This document shows positions 11,108-20,071 of a stretch of DNA of 64,000 nt, in pieces. Numbering within the stretch: the stretch's first letter is position 1; each line of letters starts with the position of its first letter. A program made the position numbers and the translations under genes. The notes under the pieces were generated by a model. It made no database searches. It had not been told where the DNA came from and worked only from the letters and a program-made list of their open reading frames with translations. The stretch comes from an uncultured Anaerolineales bacterium (GTDB lineage Bacteria > Chloroflexota > Anaerolineae > Anaerolineales > UBA6663), in the NCBI GenBank assembly GCA_964480865.1, contig CAYZRP010000024.1, forward strand, positions 698 to 64,697, read 5' to 3'.

Positions 11108-11761
11108 ATGCCCGACCTCTTCAGCATCAACACCACCGCGTTCGTGATCCTCGGCTATCCGCTCAGCTATCTCGAGTTGGTCGGGACGGTGTTCAATGTG
11201 TGGTCGGTCTGGCTGGTGACCCGTCGCCGCATCGAGACGTGGCCGGTGGGCATCGTCGGCATCGTGCTCTTCCTGCTGCTCTTCTATCAGATCCGACTGT
11301 ACGCCGACGTGTTCGAGCAGATGTACTTCCTGGCCGCGAGCGCCGTCGGTTGGTGGCGATGGCGGCGCGAGCCGCCTGAGACGGAGACCCAGACGGGCGC
11401 TGCGTACAGCAGACGACGCACCCTGATCGCGTGGATTGTGGTGACGGCCGTCGGAGGTTTGCTGCTTGGCGCCTTCACGTCGCGCGCGCATCTGCTGCTC
11501 CCCGACGTCTTCCAGGCGCCCGCGGCTTACCCGTATCTCGACGCAATCACAACGGCGATGAGCTTCACCGCCACGTGGCTGATGGCCCAGAAGCGCATCG
11601 AGCACTGGATTTACTGGATCGTTGTCGACGTGATCGGCATCGGCCTGTACTTCGTTCAGGGCGTCGTCTTCGTGGCCGGGCTGTACGTGATCTTCCTGAT
11701 CCTGGCGATTCGTGGCTGGCTGGAGTGGCGGGCTCTCCAGCCGCAGGCCGTGGGGGCCTGA
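11108..11761 (+). CDS. pnuC: Nicotinamide riboside transporter PnuC
   Basis: Seven-TM protein with PnuC-type motifs (LELVGTVFNVWSVWLVTRRRIETWPVGIVG, WWRW, QKRIEHWIYWIVVDVIGI). Confidence 0.88.
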   Translation: MPDLFSINTTAFVILGYPLSYLELVGTVFNVWSVWLVTRRRIETWPVGIVGIVLFLLLFYQIRLYADVFEQMYFLAASAVGWWRWRREPPETETQTGAAYSRRRTLIAWIVVTAVGGLLLGAFTSRAHLLLPDVFQAPAAYPYLDAITTAMSFTATWLMAQKRIEHWIYWIVVDVIGIGLYFVQGVVFVAGLYVIFLILAIRGWLEWRALQPQAVGA

Positions 11762-11770
11762 GCCTGGTAC

Positions 11771-12502
11771 TTAACGGGCTGCCTGCGCCGCGATCAACAG
11801 GAACGGCGGCCGATGGATCTCGACGGCCCACTCGGGGTTGTCGGCGATCTGCTCGGGCGTCGGCCCCCATTCAACTAGGCGCGCCAAGCGAAAGCCATGA
11901 TCGATCAACCCTTCGATGTATGTCCCGACGGTGCGATGGTACTTCTCGACCCCCTCGACCAGCCAGTCCGTCTTGCGCAGACCTTCGTTGAGATACTCGT
12001 TCAACGCCCACGTGGTCGCGCCGCCCGGCAACGTGTGCCAGCCAGGTTGGCTCGGCGCCGTGTAAATCGGGTGTTCCACCGAGAAGATGAACCAACCGCC
12101 TGAGATCGACACGCGTCGCACCGAACGACAGACGGCCGCGAAATCGGGCAGGTAATGCAAGGCCAGCGAACTGAAGACCACATCGAAGGCCTTGTCACGA
12201 TAGGGCGGCGCGTCGATGCTGGCTTTGAGGTAGGTGACAGCCTGCCATGACGTGCGGGCTCGAGCTTCTGCCAGCATCAGGACAGAGAGATCCAGACCAT
12301 ACACCGTGGCGCCCTCTCCAGCCGCCCAGCGCGTGAAGGCTCCAAAACCACAGCCCAGATCCAGGACGCGTTTTCCACGAAGGGCGGGCAGCATGCCGCG
12401 CAGGGTGGGCCATTCCGGCGCGCCCTCCAGACCTTCTCGCGAGCGTCGGAACCCGCTATAGGCCTTAAAGAACGTTGGGTCGTCGTAGATGTTTTGTGGC
12501 AT
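11771..12502 (-). CDS. Class I SAM-dependent methyltransferase
   Basis: Start at MPQNIYDD (12502). Motif I VLDLGCGFGAFTRW. Confidence 0.8.
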   Translation of the reverse strand: MPQNIYDDPTFFKAYSGFRRSREGLEGAPEWPTLRGMLPALRGKRVLDLGCGFGAFTRWAAGEGATVYGLDLSVLMLAEARARTSWQAVTYLKASIDAPPYRDKAFDVVFSSLALHYLPDFAAVCRSVRRVSISGGWFIFSVEHPIYTAPSQPGWHTLPGGATTWALNEYLNEGLRKTDWLVEGVEKYHRTVGTYIEGLIDHGFRLARLVEWGPTPEQIADNPEWAVEIHRPPFLLIAAQAAR

Positions 12503-12557
12503 GAGCGAGACGTTTGGCCATAGGCACAGCCGAGGAGCCGGGTCCATCGCCCGTGTC

Positions 12558-13013
12558 CTAGATCCCCATATGTGTTTTTCGGTACGCGGAAAAAGTGCCG
12601 TTCTGAACGGCGCGCGTGATCTCACGCGCCACGGCGCGTCGGTCCGTTTTGAGGCGCTCGATAAAGGCTTTACTGGCGAGCGTCTGCCTGTCGTATTCGG
12701 TTCCCCACAACGTCATCTCCACAAGCGTCGGGAGCAGAGCGCGCCCCTTGTCGGTGACGGAGTAGATGAACTGGTTGCGCAGTTCTTCGTCGCGCTGCTT
12801 GTCGATCAGGCCCTCGGCCTCGAGCCGGCTCAATCGGTCGGCCAGGATGTTCGTCGCAATGTGCTCCTGCGGGGCGAAGTCGCTGAACCGTCTGCGCTGA
12901 TAGAACATGATGTCGCGCAGGATCAGGAGTGTCCATTTGTCGCCGAAGAGATCGAGCCCGAAGCTGATCGGGCAATCTGAACGACGCGCTTTGCCGCTGT
13001 TTTGTCTTGTCAT
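12558..13013 (-). CDS. HxlR-family transcriptional regulator
   Basis: CPISFGLDLFGDKWTLLILRDIMF is the typical HxlR winged-helix start. Confidence 0.85.
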   Translation of the reverse strand: MTRQNSGKARRSDCPISFGLDLFGDKWTLLILRDIMFYQRRRFSDFAPQEHIATNILADRLSRLEAEGLIDKQRDEELRNQFIYSVTDKGRALLPTLVEMTLWGTEYDRQTLASKAFIERLKTDRRAVAREITRAVQNGTFSAYRKTHMGI

Positions 13014-13042
13014 GTGGACCTGCCTGGCCGCAGGATATCACA

Positions 13043-13057
13043 CTTGCAATTTGCAAG
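13043..13057. promoter_or_regulatory. Perfect palindrome CTTGCAA-T-TTGCAAG in the HxlR/SnoaL divergent intergenic (candidate operator)
   Basis: Read directly. Located between the divergent genes 12558..13013(-) and 13106..13468(+). Confidence 0.4.
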
Positions 13058-13105
13058 CAACATGTGCTATGCTCGCTCCATACCCTTGATCACCTGGAGG
13101 CTGAT

Positions 13106-13468
13106 GTGTCGACCAAAGAATTCCTGCTCACATATTTCGAAGCCATCCACAAAGGCGGATGGGAAGACCTGGTGGCTGAGGATTTCGTGTTTGTGAACTC
13201 GAACCTCGATCGCATCGGTCATGGCAAAGCCGCGTACATTGATGGAGCCGGCCGTTTTTTCAGAAACACCACTGCGGTCGAAGTCCGCAGCCTGCTCATT
13301 GAGGGCGATCGCGCTGCCGTCCTGGCGCGCTACGTCACCCGTTCACCGCGGGGGCATGTCGGCGTGTGCGACGTGGCCGAGTTCCTTGCGACCGACGGCC
13401 ACAAGCTGACATCTTCAGCGATCTTCTTCGATACCAAAGCCCTGGCCGACTTCATGGCCCAGCCCTGA
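13106..13468 (+). CDS. SnoaL/NTF2-like domain protein
   Basis: GTG start at 13106, 5 nt after ggagg. FLLTYFEAIHKGGWEDLVAEDFVF... has an NTF2-like pattern. Confidence 0.6.
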   Translation: MSTKEFLLTYFEAIHKGGWEDLVAEDFVFVNSNLDRIGHGKAAYIDGAGRFFRNTTAVEVRSLLIEGDRAAVLARYVTRSPRGHVGVCDVAEFLATDGHKLTSSAIFFDTKALADFMAQP

Positions 13469-13469
13469 G

Positions 13470-13850
13470 ATGACCGAGATCCAAAACCTGACCGACCGCG
13501 TGCGGCGCGCGCTGGCGCACCACCCGAACGTGACAGAGAAGCGCATGTTCGGCGGCATTGCCTTCATGGTGAACGGCAAAATGTGCGTGACCGTCGGCGA
13601 CCATGTCGATCATCAGATGATGGTGCGGATCGACCCGACCATGATGCAGCGCGCGTTGGCGAAGAAGGGCGCGAGCCCGGCGAGGATGCGCGGTAGGGCG
13701 ATCAAGGGCTACGTCTTCCTCTTGGAGGAGGCTGTCGCCACCAAGCGCGATCTTGACGGTTGGGTCCGCCTCGCCCTCGATTTCAACGCGACGCTCACCA
13801 CTCGAGATCGGGCCACTCGTTCGACACCGCGGCGCGATCTGCGTCAGTGA
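13470..13850 (+). CDS. TfoX/Sxy N-terminal domain family protein
   Basis: EKRMFGGIAFMVNGKMCV...KGYVFL motif. Confidence 0.72.
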   Translation: MTEIQNLTDRVRRALAHHPNVTEKRMFGGIAFMVNGKMCVTVGDHVDHQMMVRIDPTMMQRALAKKGASPARMRGRAIKGYVFLLEEAVATKRDLDGWVRLALDFNATLTTRDRATRSTPRRDLRQ

Positions 13851-14490
13851 GGTTGAGCGCGGCGAGGCTGCGGCGCAACTCGTCGGCGCGCTCGACTTCC
13901 TGGTGAGCGATCGCCAGGTCGAGCCGGGCAACGAGCGCCTGTGCAAGATCACTCGCCGATGCGCTGCCCGCCCGAGCCAGGGCCTGATCCAATGTGCGCG
14001 CGGCCAGGGCGTCGTCGTTCTTATAATCGCGCAGCCGGGCCGCCAACGCCACGGCCCTTTGAATGGGTGTCAGTTCGCGCTGCTTGTACGCCTGAGCCGT
14101 TGTCTCATCGTCTCCGCCGCGCCTGATGAAGATGATCGAGTTGCCCGAGACGTCGGTCAGCGTGAAGCGCGTCTGCCCGGGTCTCATCCTGGTGATCCTC
14201 GGAAATCCTTTGATCGGCACTCGCCCGAGCACAGAGCGTAGCCGGGCGGCGAATTCGGCGTGCAAGAGTTCGATCTCATCGCGGACCACAAGACAGGTGC
14301 TGAAGTTGGCGGCCGGCTTGAGCCCTTTCAGCCCGAAGATGTGCAAATCGAAATCGTCGTAGCGAATCACGGCGTATTCGTTGGGAGCCCGCTGGGTGTA
14401 CGTGATCTCGAAATCGAGGTCGCGCCAGAACGACAGGGCTTCGTCGAGCGAAACGCACGGCAGTGCCGGAATGGTGGTGGTTGGGCTCAT
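13795..14490 (-). CDS. VOC (glyoxalase/bleomycin-resistance) family protein with C-terminal helical extension
   Basis: PCVSLDEALSFWRDLDFEITY...DFDLHIFG...FTLTDVSGNSIIF pattern. Its 3' end overlaps the convergent TfoX gene by 56 nt. Confidence 0.7.
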   Translation of the reverse strand: MSPTTTIPALPCVSLDEALSFWRDLDFEITYTQRAPNEYAVIRYDDFDLHIFGLKGLKPAANFSTCLVVRDEIELLHAEFAARLRSVLGRVPIKGFPRITRMRPGQTRFTLTDVSGNSIIFIRRGGDDETTAQAYKQRELTPIQRAVALAARLRDYKNDDALAARTLDQALARAGSASASDLAQALVARLDLAIAHQEVERADELRRSLAALNLTDADRAAVSNEWPDLEW

Positions 14491-14523
14491 GGCGGATTGA
14501 GCACTGCGGCCCGCACCGGCCGC

Positions 14524-14823
14524 TCAGGTGTGCAGTTCGAAGTGCTGCACGGTGGGCTCGAATTCGAGCAGGAAAGCCTCGTCCTCGGGATAGTAGCGGG
14601 CCACTTCGATGTCAGCGCCTGCGAAGGCCGCTATCGCGTCGCGCGAGTCCCAGTACGTCAACGTGTAGAAGTGGCAGACGTCGCCTTCCATGCGTTGCAG
14701 CACCCAGGCGCCCTGGTTGCCGGGCGTGGCCCTGTAATCGGGAAGGCCCGTGCGCCGCAAATAGGCCAGATAGGCAACAGCGTCTTCGCGGCGAGTGCGG
14801 CCATGCCAGAGTCTGGCGATCAC
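14524..14823 (-). CDS. Antibiotic-biosynthesis-monooxygenase (ABM)-like small protein
   Basis: 99 aa, MIARLWHGRT...YTLTYWDSRDAIAAFAG ferredoxin-like ABM pattern. Confidence 0.6.
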   Translation of the reverse strand: MIARLWHGRTRREDAVAYLAYLRRTGLPDYRATPGNQGAWVLQRMEGDVCHFYTLTYWDSRDAIAAFAGADIEVARYYPEDEAFLLEFEPTVQHFELHT

Positions 14824-14860
14824 GTTGCCTCCCGGACCGGTTGCGGCCGGCCCCGTAACT

Positions 14861-15391
14861 TTATCGCTTCGCGGCCAGGCGTACGAAGGTGTTGATGTTG
14901 CGCGCCGTGCCTGGCGCCTTGATCAACCGCTCGAACTGGGCGCCGGAAAACTTCGTCGAGTCGTGGCCGCCGCGGCGATGCCAGTAGAACTCGCGCCCAT
15001 GGAAGTGGAAGGCGTCCACGGCGCTCTGCAGCGCCAGGACTCGCTTCTGGGCTTCAGCGTCGGGCTCGGCCTTGAGCAGAGTCGCGTACAACGAGTGTCC
15101 CTTGGCGACGGGTTCGCCGCCGAAGGGTTGATAGGCCGCGATCGCCGCGACCTGGGCCGGCGTGCGGACGAATGTGGCGACCTCGTAGCCCAGCGCCTTT
15201 GCCAGGCCCGCTTCGATCTCTCGCTCCAGAACCGCCGGTTTTTTCGGTGAGTCGAACAGCACGTTGCCGCTGGCGATAAAGGTCTCGACGTTGGCGTAGC
15301 CCAGAGCCTCAAAGTGGCGGCGCAGATCGGCCATCGTCACCGTATGGCCGCCGACGTTGATGGCGCGCAGGAAAGCGATTTGGCGTGGCAT
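14861..15391 (-). CDS. DUF1697 family protein
   Basis: MPRQIAFLRAINVGGHTVTMADLR...FIASGNVLF is the hallmark DUF1697 N-terminus. Confidence 0.8.
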   Translation of the reverse strand: MPRQIAFLRAINVGGHTVTMADLRRHFEALGYANVETFIASGNVLFDSPKKPAVLEREIEAGLAKALGYEVATFVRTPAQVAAIAAYQPFGGEPVAKGHSLYATLLKAEPDAEAQKRVLALQSAVDAFHFHGREFYWHRRGGHDSTKFSGAQFERLIKAPGTARNINTFVRLAAKR

Positions 15392-15504
15392 TAGTTGATT
15401 GTAGTCGTAGCGGCAGGACACCGTTCGCACTCCCGGTGTCTTGTTTATTCAACCCAACCTGATGCACCTCTCCACCCTCCCGCCAAACACGGTATCTTCC
15501 AGGC

Positions 15505-16974
15505 ATGAACTCTCGCTATGACACCATCGTGATCGGAGCCGGCATCGGCGGGCTGAGCGCCGCGATCCGGCTGGCGCGGGCCGGCCAGCAGGTGCGGGTG
15601 CTCGAGCAGAACCCGGCCGTCGGTGGCAAGATGAGCGAACTGCATGACGCCGGCTACCGCTGGGACCTCGGCCCCTCGGTGATCACGATGCGACCCGTCT
15701 TCGAGGACCTGTTTGCCGCCGCCGGCCGTCGCCTCGAAGATGAACTCGATCTGGTGCCTGTCGAGCCACTCACGCGCTACGTCTGGCCCGACGGGACGAC
15801 CCTGGATGCCACTCGTGACCTCAGCCGCATGACTGCCCAGATCGAGCGCTTCGACCCTCGCGACGTCGAAGGCTACCTGGCATTCCTGGCGTATGCCGCG
15901 CGGTTGCATCGCGTCACAGGGCCGGCCTTCATCTATGGCGATCCGGTCTCGCCGGCCACGCTGCTGGGCGTGCCTCCGCGCGAATGGCTGGCCGTCGATG
16001 GCTGGCGTACGATGGATCAGGCCATTCGCGGGTTCGTGAGATCCCCGAAGCTGCGCCAGCTGCTCGGCCGCTTCGCTACTTACGTCGGCGCCAGTCCCTA
16101 TCTGGCACCGGCGACGCTCAACGTGATCGCTCACGTCGAGATGACCGGCGGCGTCTGGTATCCGCGCGGCGGCATCTACGCGATCGCCCGGGCGCTCGAA
16201 CGCCTGGCGCGCGAGTCTGGCGTCGAGATCTGCACGGACACGGCGGTCGACGGCATCGAAGTCACAAACGGCCGCGCCGTCGGCGTTCGTGCCGCCGGCG
16301 CCACTCACCCGGCGCGGGTCGTGCTGGCCAACGTCGATGTCGCCACCGTCTATGAACGTCTGCTGCCCGCGGCGCAGCGGCGCTCGGCCAGTTTCGAGCC
16401 ATCGGTCTCGGGTTTCGTGATGCTCCTGGGCCTGCGCGGGCGCACGCCGGGCCTTGTGCATCACAACCTCTTCTTTAACGAGGATTACAAGGCGGAGTTC
16501 GACGATCTGTTCAGGCGCGGCCGGCCGCCGCAAGATCCCACGATCTACGCGACGATCACCAGCCGAACCGATCCCGCTGATGCGCCGCCGGACGGCGAAA
16601 ACTGGTTCGTGCTGGTCAACGCGCCGCCGCTCGGCCCGGCCTGGAACTGGGAAGAGCAGGCTCGGCCCTATCGTGATCACATCCTCGCTACACTGGCCAC
16701 TCGCGGCGTTGACGTGCGGGAACGGATCGAGGTCGAGCATTGCCTGACGCCCGTCGATCTCGAACGCCGAACCGGCGCGCGGCGCGGCGCCCTCTACGGC
16801 ATGTCGTCGAACAGCATGTGGTCGGCGTTTCGACGCCCGGCGAATAGGGCGCGCGATATCAAGGGGCTTTATTTCGCGGGCGGCACCGCGCACCCCGGCG
16901 GCGGCGTGCCGATGGTCATGCTCAGCGGGGCAGCAGCCGCTCGCTCTATTCTGCGCGACCTCAGCTCGGGCTAG
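15505..16974 (+). CDS. Phytoene desaturase (CrtI) family FAD-dependent oxidoreductase
   Basis: YDTIVIGAGIGGLSAAIRLARAGQQVRVLEQNPAVGGK dinucleotide fold and C-terminal LYFAGGTAHPGGGVPMV. Confidence 0.85.
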   Translation: MNSRYDTIVIGAGIGGLSAAIRLARAGQQVRVLEQNPAVGGKMSELHDAGYRWDLGPSVITMRPVFEDLFAAAGRRLEDELDLVPVEPLTRYVWPDGTTLDATRDLSRMTAQIERFDPRDVEGYLAFLAYAARLHRVTGPAFIYGDPVSPATLLGVPPREWLAVDGWRTMDQAIRGFVRSPKLRQLLGRFATYVGASPYLAPATLNVIAHVEMTGGVWYPRGGIYAIARALERLARESGVEICTDTAVDGIEVTNGRAVGVRAAGATHPARVVLANVDVATVYERLLPAAQRRSASFEPSVSGFVMLLGLRGRTPGLVHHNLFFNEDYKAEFDDLFRRGRPPQDPTIYATITSRTDPADAPPDGENWFVLVNAPPLGPAWNWEEQARPYRDHILATLATRGVDVRERIEVEHCLTPVDLERRTGARRGALYGMSSNSMWSAFRRPANRARDIKGLYFAGGTAHPGGGVPMVMLSGAAAARSILRDLSSG

Positions 16975-17426
16975 AAGGCCGAGAGCATCTGCCTGATCTC
17001 GCCCAGGTGATAGGCGAGATGTGTGATCATCACCAGGCTGCCGGCGACATCGTCATCGCTCAACGTCTCGCGCGATTCAAGACGCTGCACGAGCGTGTGA
17101 TAGTTCGAGCGCAGTCGTTCGCGCAGTGTCGTCCAGGCAGCTTCGTCGACCTGGTCGATGACCCAACTCTCGGACCAGTTCGGTTGATCACGCTCGCCAT
17201 CGATTATGCGGATGACGCTCTCGAGGAACCAGGCCATGTGTCCACAATGCGCGGCAAGGGTTGCGTTGCCGGGCTTGGGCGCGCGCGAGGCTGTTTGAGC
17301 GTCGATGTCGGCGAGGATGGCCAGATAGCCTGACGATCCGTTATCCAGGATCATGCCGTGGTCATGCGGCGAAACGCCGAAGATCTCGGCAAGCAACATC
17401 AGGAGCGTGCGGCGATAGGTATCCAT
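16971..17426 (-). CDS. DinB-like (four-helix bundle) family protein
   Basis: HCGHMAWFLE...HLAYHLGEIRQM resembles the DinB_2 histidine pattern. Confidence 0.55.
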   Translation of the reverse strand: MDTYRRTLLMLLAEIFGVSPHDHGMILDNGSSGYLAILADIDAQTASRAPKPGNATLAAHCGHMAWFLESVIRIIDGERDQPNWSESWVIDQVDEAAWTTLRERLRSNYHTLVQRLESRETLSDDDVAGSLVMITHLAYHLGEIRQMLSAF

Positions 17427-17509
17427 CGGTTTTGGGCTCCTGGTTGTAGTTGACGGCGTTCGCGCCGCGAAACGCGAATGCGGCGGATTTTAAACGATCG
17501 AGTGCGAAG

Positions 17510-18148
17510 TCAGGCCGCCGGCTTGAGTCGCGCCTGGATGATATCGCCGACAACTTTCAGGCCGATGTCGCTGGCGGGGTCAGCCCAGTTCAGTTCGTTG
17601 GCGCCGACGACGACCAGCGGGGCGAGCGAGAAGCGCGCCGCCCAATCATCGTAGAGACGATTGAGTTGCTCGAGATAGCGAACGGAAATATCGCGCTCGT
17701 AGTCGCGCCCACGACGAACGACGCGGCTGAGCAGGGTCTCCACCGAAGCGCGCAGATAGACCACAAGATCCGGTGGCCGGATGATCTCGGACATGGTGCG
17801 ATAGAGGCTGTAGTAGGTGTCCCAATCGCGGCCGGTCAACTGGCCACGCTCGTGCAGGTTGCGCGCGAAGATCTCGGCGTCCTCGTACACGCTGCGATCC
17901 TGCATGGTTGGATGACCTGTGGCGCAGATCCGGTTGTGTTGCTCGAGGCGTTTGCTCAGGAAGAACACCTGCGAATTGAACGCCCAGCGCGGCATGTCGC
18001 TGTAGAAGTCGGCCAGGTAGGGGTTGGCGTCGTTGGGCTCGAACGCCGCCTGCCAATCCCAGAGTTGAGTGAGGCGGACGACCAGCGTCGACTTGCCCAC
18101 GCCGATGTTGCCGGCGACGACCACGAAGGGGGAGTTGGGAAGCGTCAT
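17510..18148 (-). CDS. Deoxynucleoside kinase
   Basis: VVVAGNIGVGKSTL, FEPNDANPYLADFY, WAFNSQVFFLSKR, DRS.YED motifs. Confidence 0.9.
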   Translation of the reverse strand: MTLPNSPFVVVAGNIGVGKSTLVVRLTQLWDWQAAFEPNDANPYLADFYSDMPRWAFNSQVFFLSKRLEQHNRICATGHPTMQDRSVYEDAEIFARNLHERGQLTGRDWDTYYSLYRTMSEIIRPPDLVVYLRASVETLLSRVVRRGRDYERDISVRYLEQLNRLYDDWAARFSLAPLVVVGANELNWADPASDIGLKVVGDIIQARLKPAA

Positions 18149-18309
18149 GGCGGTTATCAGTGGCTACGGGGTGCTCACGAACGATAGCATAGATTGGCGG
18201 CCAACTCCGATCCCGGTCACAGCCGCAACCCCCCGGAGATGCTTCCGGGAGTGCATTTGCCCGACGTGGCGCGGAGATTGATTTTACATAAATATTCATC
18301 AAACCAACC

Positions 18310-18324
18310 TTTGATAAAATCAAA
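18310..18324. promoter_or_regulatory. Palindrome TTTGAT-AAA-ATCAAA upstream of the DUF2089 operon (candidate operator)
   Basis: Read directly inside an AT-rich island. Lies 9 nt upstream of a TTGACA hexamer. Confidence 0.35.
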
Positions 18325-18332
18325 ATTGGATA

Positions 18333-18360
18333 TTGACATTTTTGAAGTGAGTCGTAGTAT
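18333..18360 (+). promoter_or_regulatory. Sigma-70-like promoter (TTGACA, 16 nt, TAGTAT) for the 18410..24072 operon
   Basis: ttgaca tttttgaagtgagtcg tagtat, about 50 nt upstream of the 18410 ATG. Confidence 0.5.
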
Positions 18361-18409
18361 AACGAAGCAAGTAGTAAGGTGATCTAAGTTCTCAGGCGGA
18401 GGTGCCCCT

Positions 18410-18814
18410 ATGCATCCAGTTCCAAGTCGGTGTCCAGTCTGTCAGGAAGCCATGACCGTGACCCGCCTGCATTGCCCGAACTGCGGAACCGGCGTCGATG
18501 GCCGCTTCTCGCTCGGTGCTTTCGACCGGCTGACGCCTGAGCAACTGGCGTTTGCCGCGGCCTTCATCAAGAACGAGGGCAAACTCAACCGGCTGGAGCG
18601 TGAACTTGATCTGTCGTACCCGACGCTGCGCTCGCGGCTGACGGAGTTGATCGAGGCGATGGGGTACGAGGTCGGGCAGGAAGAGCCTGCGGCGCCTACG
18701 CCCGCGCCGCCACCTGAGGACGATCGACGCCGGATCCTGGGCGAGTTGGCCGCCGGGCGGCTGACCGCCGACGATGCTATCAAGGCGCTGCGTGGCGGCG
18801 CTCCCAACAGTTGA
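18410..18814 (+). CDS. DUF2089-type protein (Zn-ribbon plus HTH, putative regulator)
   Basis: CPVCQEAMTVTRLHCPNCGTGVDGRF, then FIKNEGKLNRLERELDLSYPTLRSRL. Confidence 0.75.
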   Translation: MHPVPSRCPVCQEAMTVTRLHCPNCGTGVDGRFSLGAFDRLTPEQLAFAAAFIKNEGKLNRLERELDLSYPTLRSRLTELIEAMGYEVGQEEPAAPTPAPPPEDDRRRILGELAAGRLTADDAIKALRGGAPNS

Positions 18815-18838
18815 CGTTTACCAGGTAGGAGGTTCATC

Positions 18839-19861
18839 ATGAGAGATCAGCAGTCCGTTCCGGTCGGGGCCAATGCCCTGGTTCACATCAAGGTGCAGGG
18901 CGACCTGCGCCTGCAGAGCCACGAGGCGGCCGAGGTCGTCGGGTTCAGTGACGAAATCTTCACGGTCGTGCCCGAGGGCGATCATGATGTGCAGGTGGAG
19001 GCGGAAGGCGACCTTCAGTTGTTCGTTCCGGCGGATGCCCAGGTCGTTGTGGACACGGTTGGCGGTGACGCGCGCGTGCGCGACCTCAACACGGCCGTGC
19101 AGGTGGGCAACGTCGGCGGCGACCTCTCGGTCAAGCACTTGAGTTCGATCAAGGTCGGGAACGTCGGCGGCGACGTGCATGCCAAGGTGATCGCCGGCAC
19201 CTGCCTGATCGGCAACGCCGGCGGCGATATCGTCTTGAGCCTGACCTTCCAGCCCGGCAATGAGTATGCTTACCACGCCGGGGGCGACATCGTCTGCAAT
19301 GTGGCTGAAGGCTCGTCGGCGACCGTGGCCGCTGTGTGCGGTGGTGATCTGACCGCTCGGGCCCGTGGCGCCAAAGTTACCTATCAGGCCAATCGGTCGG
19401 TGGCGAACGTGACTCTTGGCGGCGGTGAGGCGGCGGTGCGCATGCAATGCGGCGGCGACATCGTCCTGCGTGACTTCGATGACGTCGGCCCGGATATCGA
19501 GTCGCTGGGCAGTTCGATCGAAGCCATCGTCGCCCGGCAGCTGAGCGGCAGCGCCGAGCAGATCACGGCCGCGCTCGAGCGCAGCGGCATCCATATCCAG
19601 CGCGCCATGGAGCAGGCCCAGCGCAAGGTCGAAGAAGCTGAGCGCAAAATGGACTCGGCCGGACGGCGCTCACGTCGCTGGGGGGTGGTTGTGCCGCCTC
19701 AGCCGGGCCGGACCCCCGAGCCACCGACTCCACCGACGCCACCCGTGGCCCATGAGCCCGTCAGCAACGACGAGCGGATGGCGATCCTGAGGCTTGTCGA
19801 GAGCGGCAAGATCTCGGCCGCCGAGGCGGCCCAGCTGCTGTCCGCCCTCGAAGGGAAGTGA
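18839..19861 (+). CDS. DUF4097/LiaX-YvlB-like beta-helical repeat protein with C-terminal SHOCT-like helix
   Basis: aggagg RBS. At least 8 GGD(I/L/V/A) repeat turns (VGGDARV, VGGDLSV, VGGDVHA, AGGDIVL, AGGDIVC, CGGDLTA, CGGDIVL). Pro-rich linker, then ERMAILRLVESGKISAAEAAQLLSALEGK. Confidence 0.65.
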   Translation: MRDQQSVPVGANALVHIKVQGDLRLQSHEAAEVVGFSDEIFTVVPEGDHDVQVEAEGDLQLFVPADAQVVVDTVGGDARVRDLNTAVQVGNVGGDLSVKHLSSIKVGNVGGDVHAKVIAGTCLIGNAGGDIVLSLTFQPGNEYAYHAGGDIVCNVAEGSSATVAAVCGGDLTARARGAKVTYQANRSVANVTLGGGEAAVRMQCGGDIVLRDFDDVGPDIESLGSSIEAIVARQLSGSAEQITAALERSGIHIQRAMEQAQRKVEEAERKMDSAGRRSRRWGVVVPPQPGRTPEPPTPPTPPVAHEPVSNDERMAILRLVESGKISAAEAAQLLSALEGK

Positions 19862-19867
19862 GCGAAC

Positions 19868-20071
19868 ATGATGCGCGGCTTTTCCATCTTTCTGGATGAC
19901 ACGGCACCGGCTGAGGCGTCGGCTCGCGGGGTCAAACCGAAGCAGGAGAAGGCGTCCACGCCGCGCGAACGAGAGCGGCTCGCCATCCTGCGCAGATTGC
20001 AGGCCGGATCGATCGATGCCAACACCGCAGCCGATCTGCTCGATCAGGTCGAAAGGACTTACGCGGCATGA
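19868..20071 (+). CDS. Small SHOCT-like helix protein (67 aa)
   Basis: ERERLAILRRLQAGSIDANTAADLLDQVE motif. Its stop overlaps the ATG of the ABC ATPase (ATGA). Confidence 0.5.
   Translation: MMRGFSIFLDDTAPAEASARGVKPKQEKASTPRERERLAILRRLQAGSIDANTAADLLDQVERTYAA

Noticed and set aside
13795-13850. 56-nt convergent overlap of the TfoX-like and VOC-family genes as a possible antisense regulatory arrangement.
   Set aside because: Both C-termini are poorly conserved tails, and the overlap may simply reflect uncertain functional ends. There is no additional signal.
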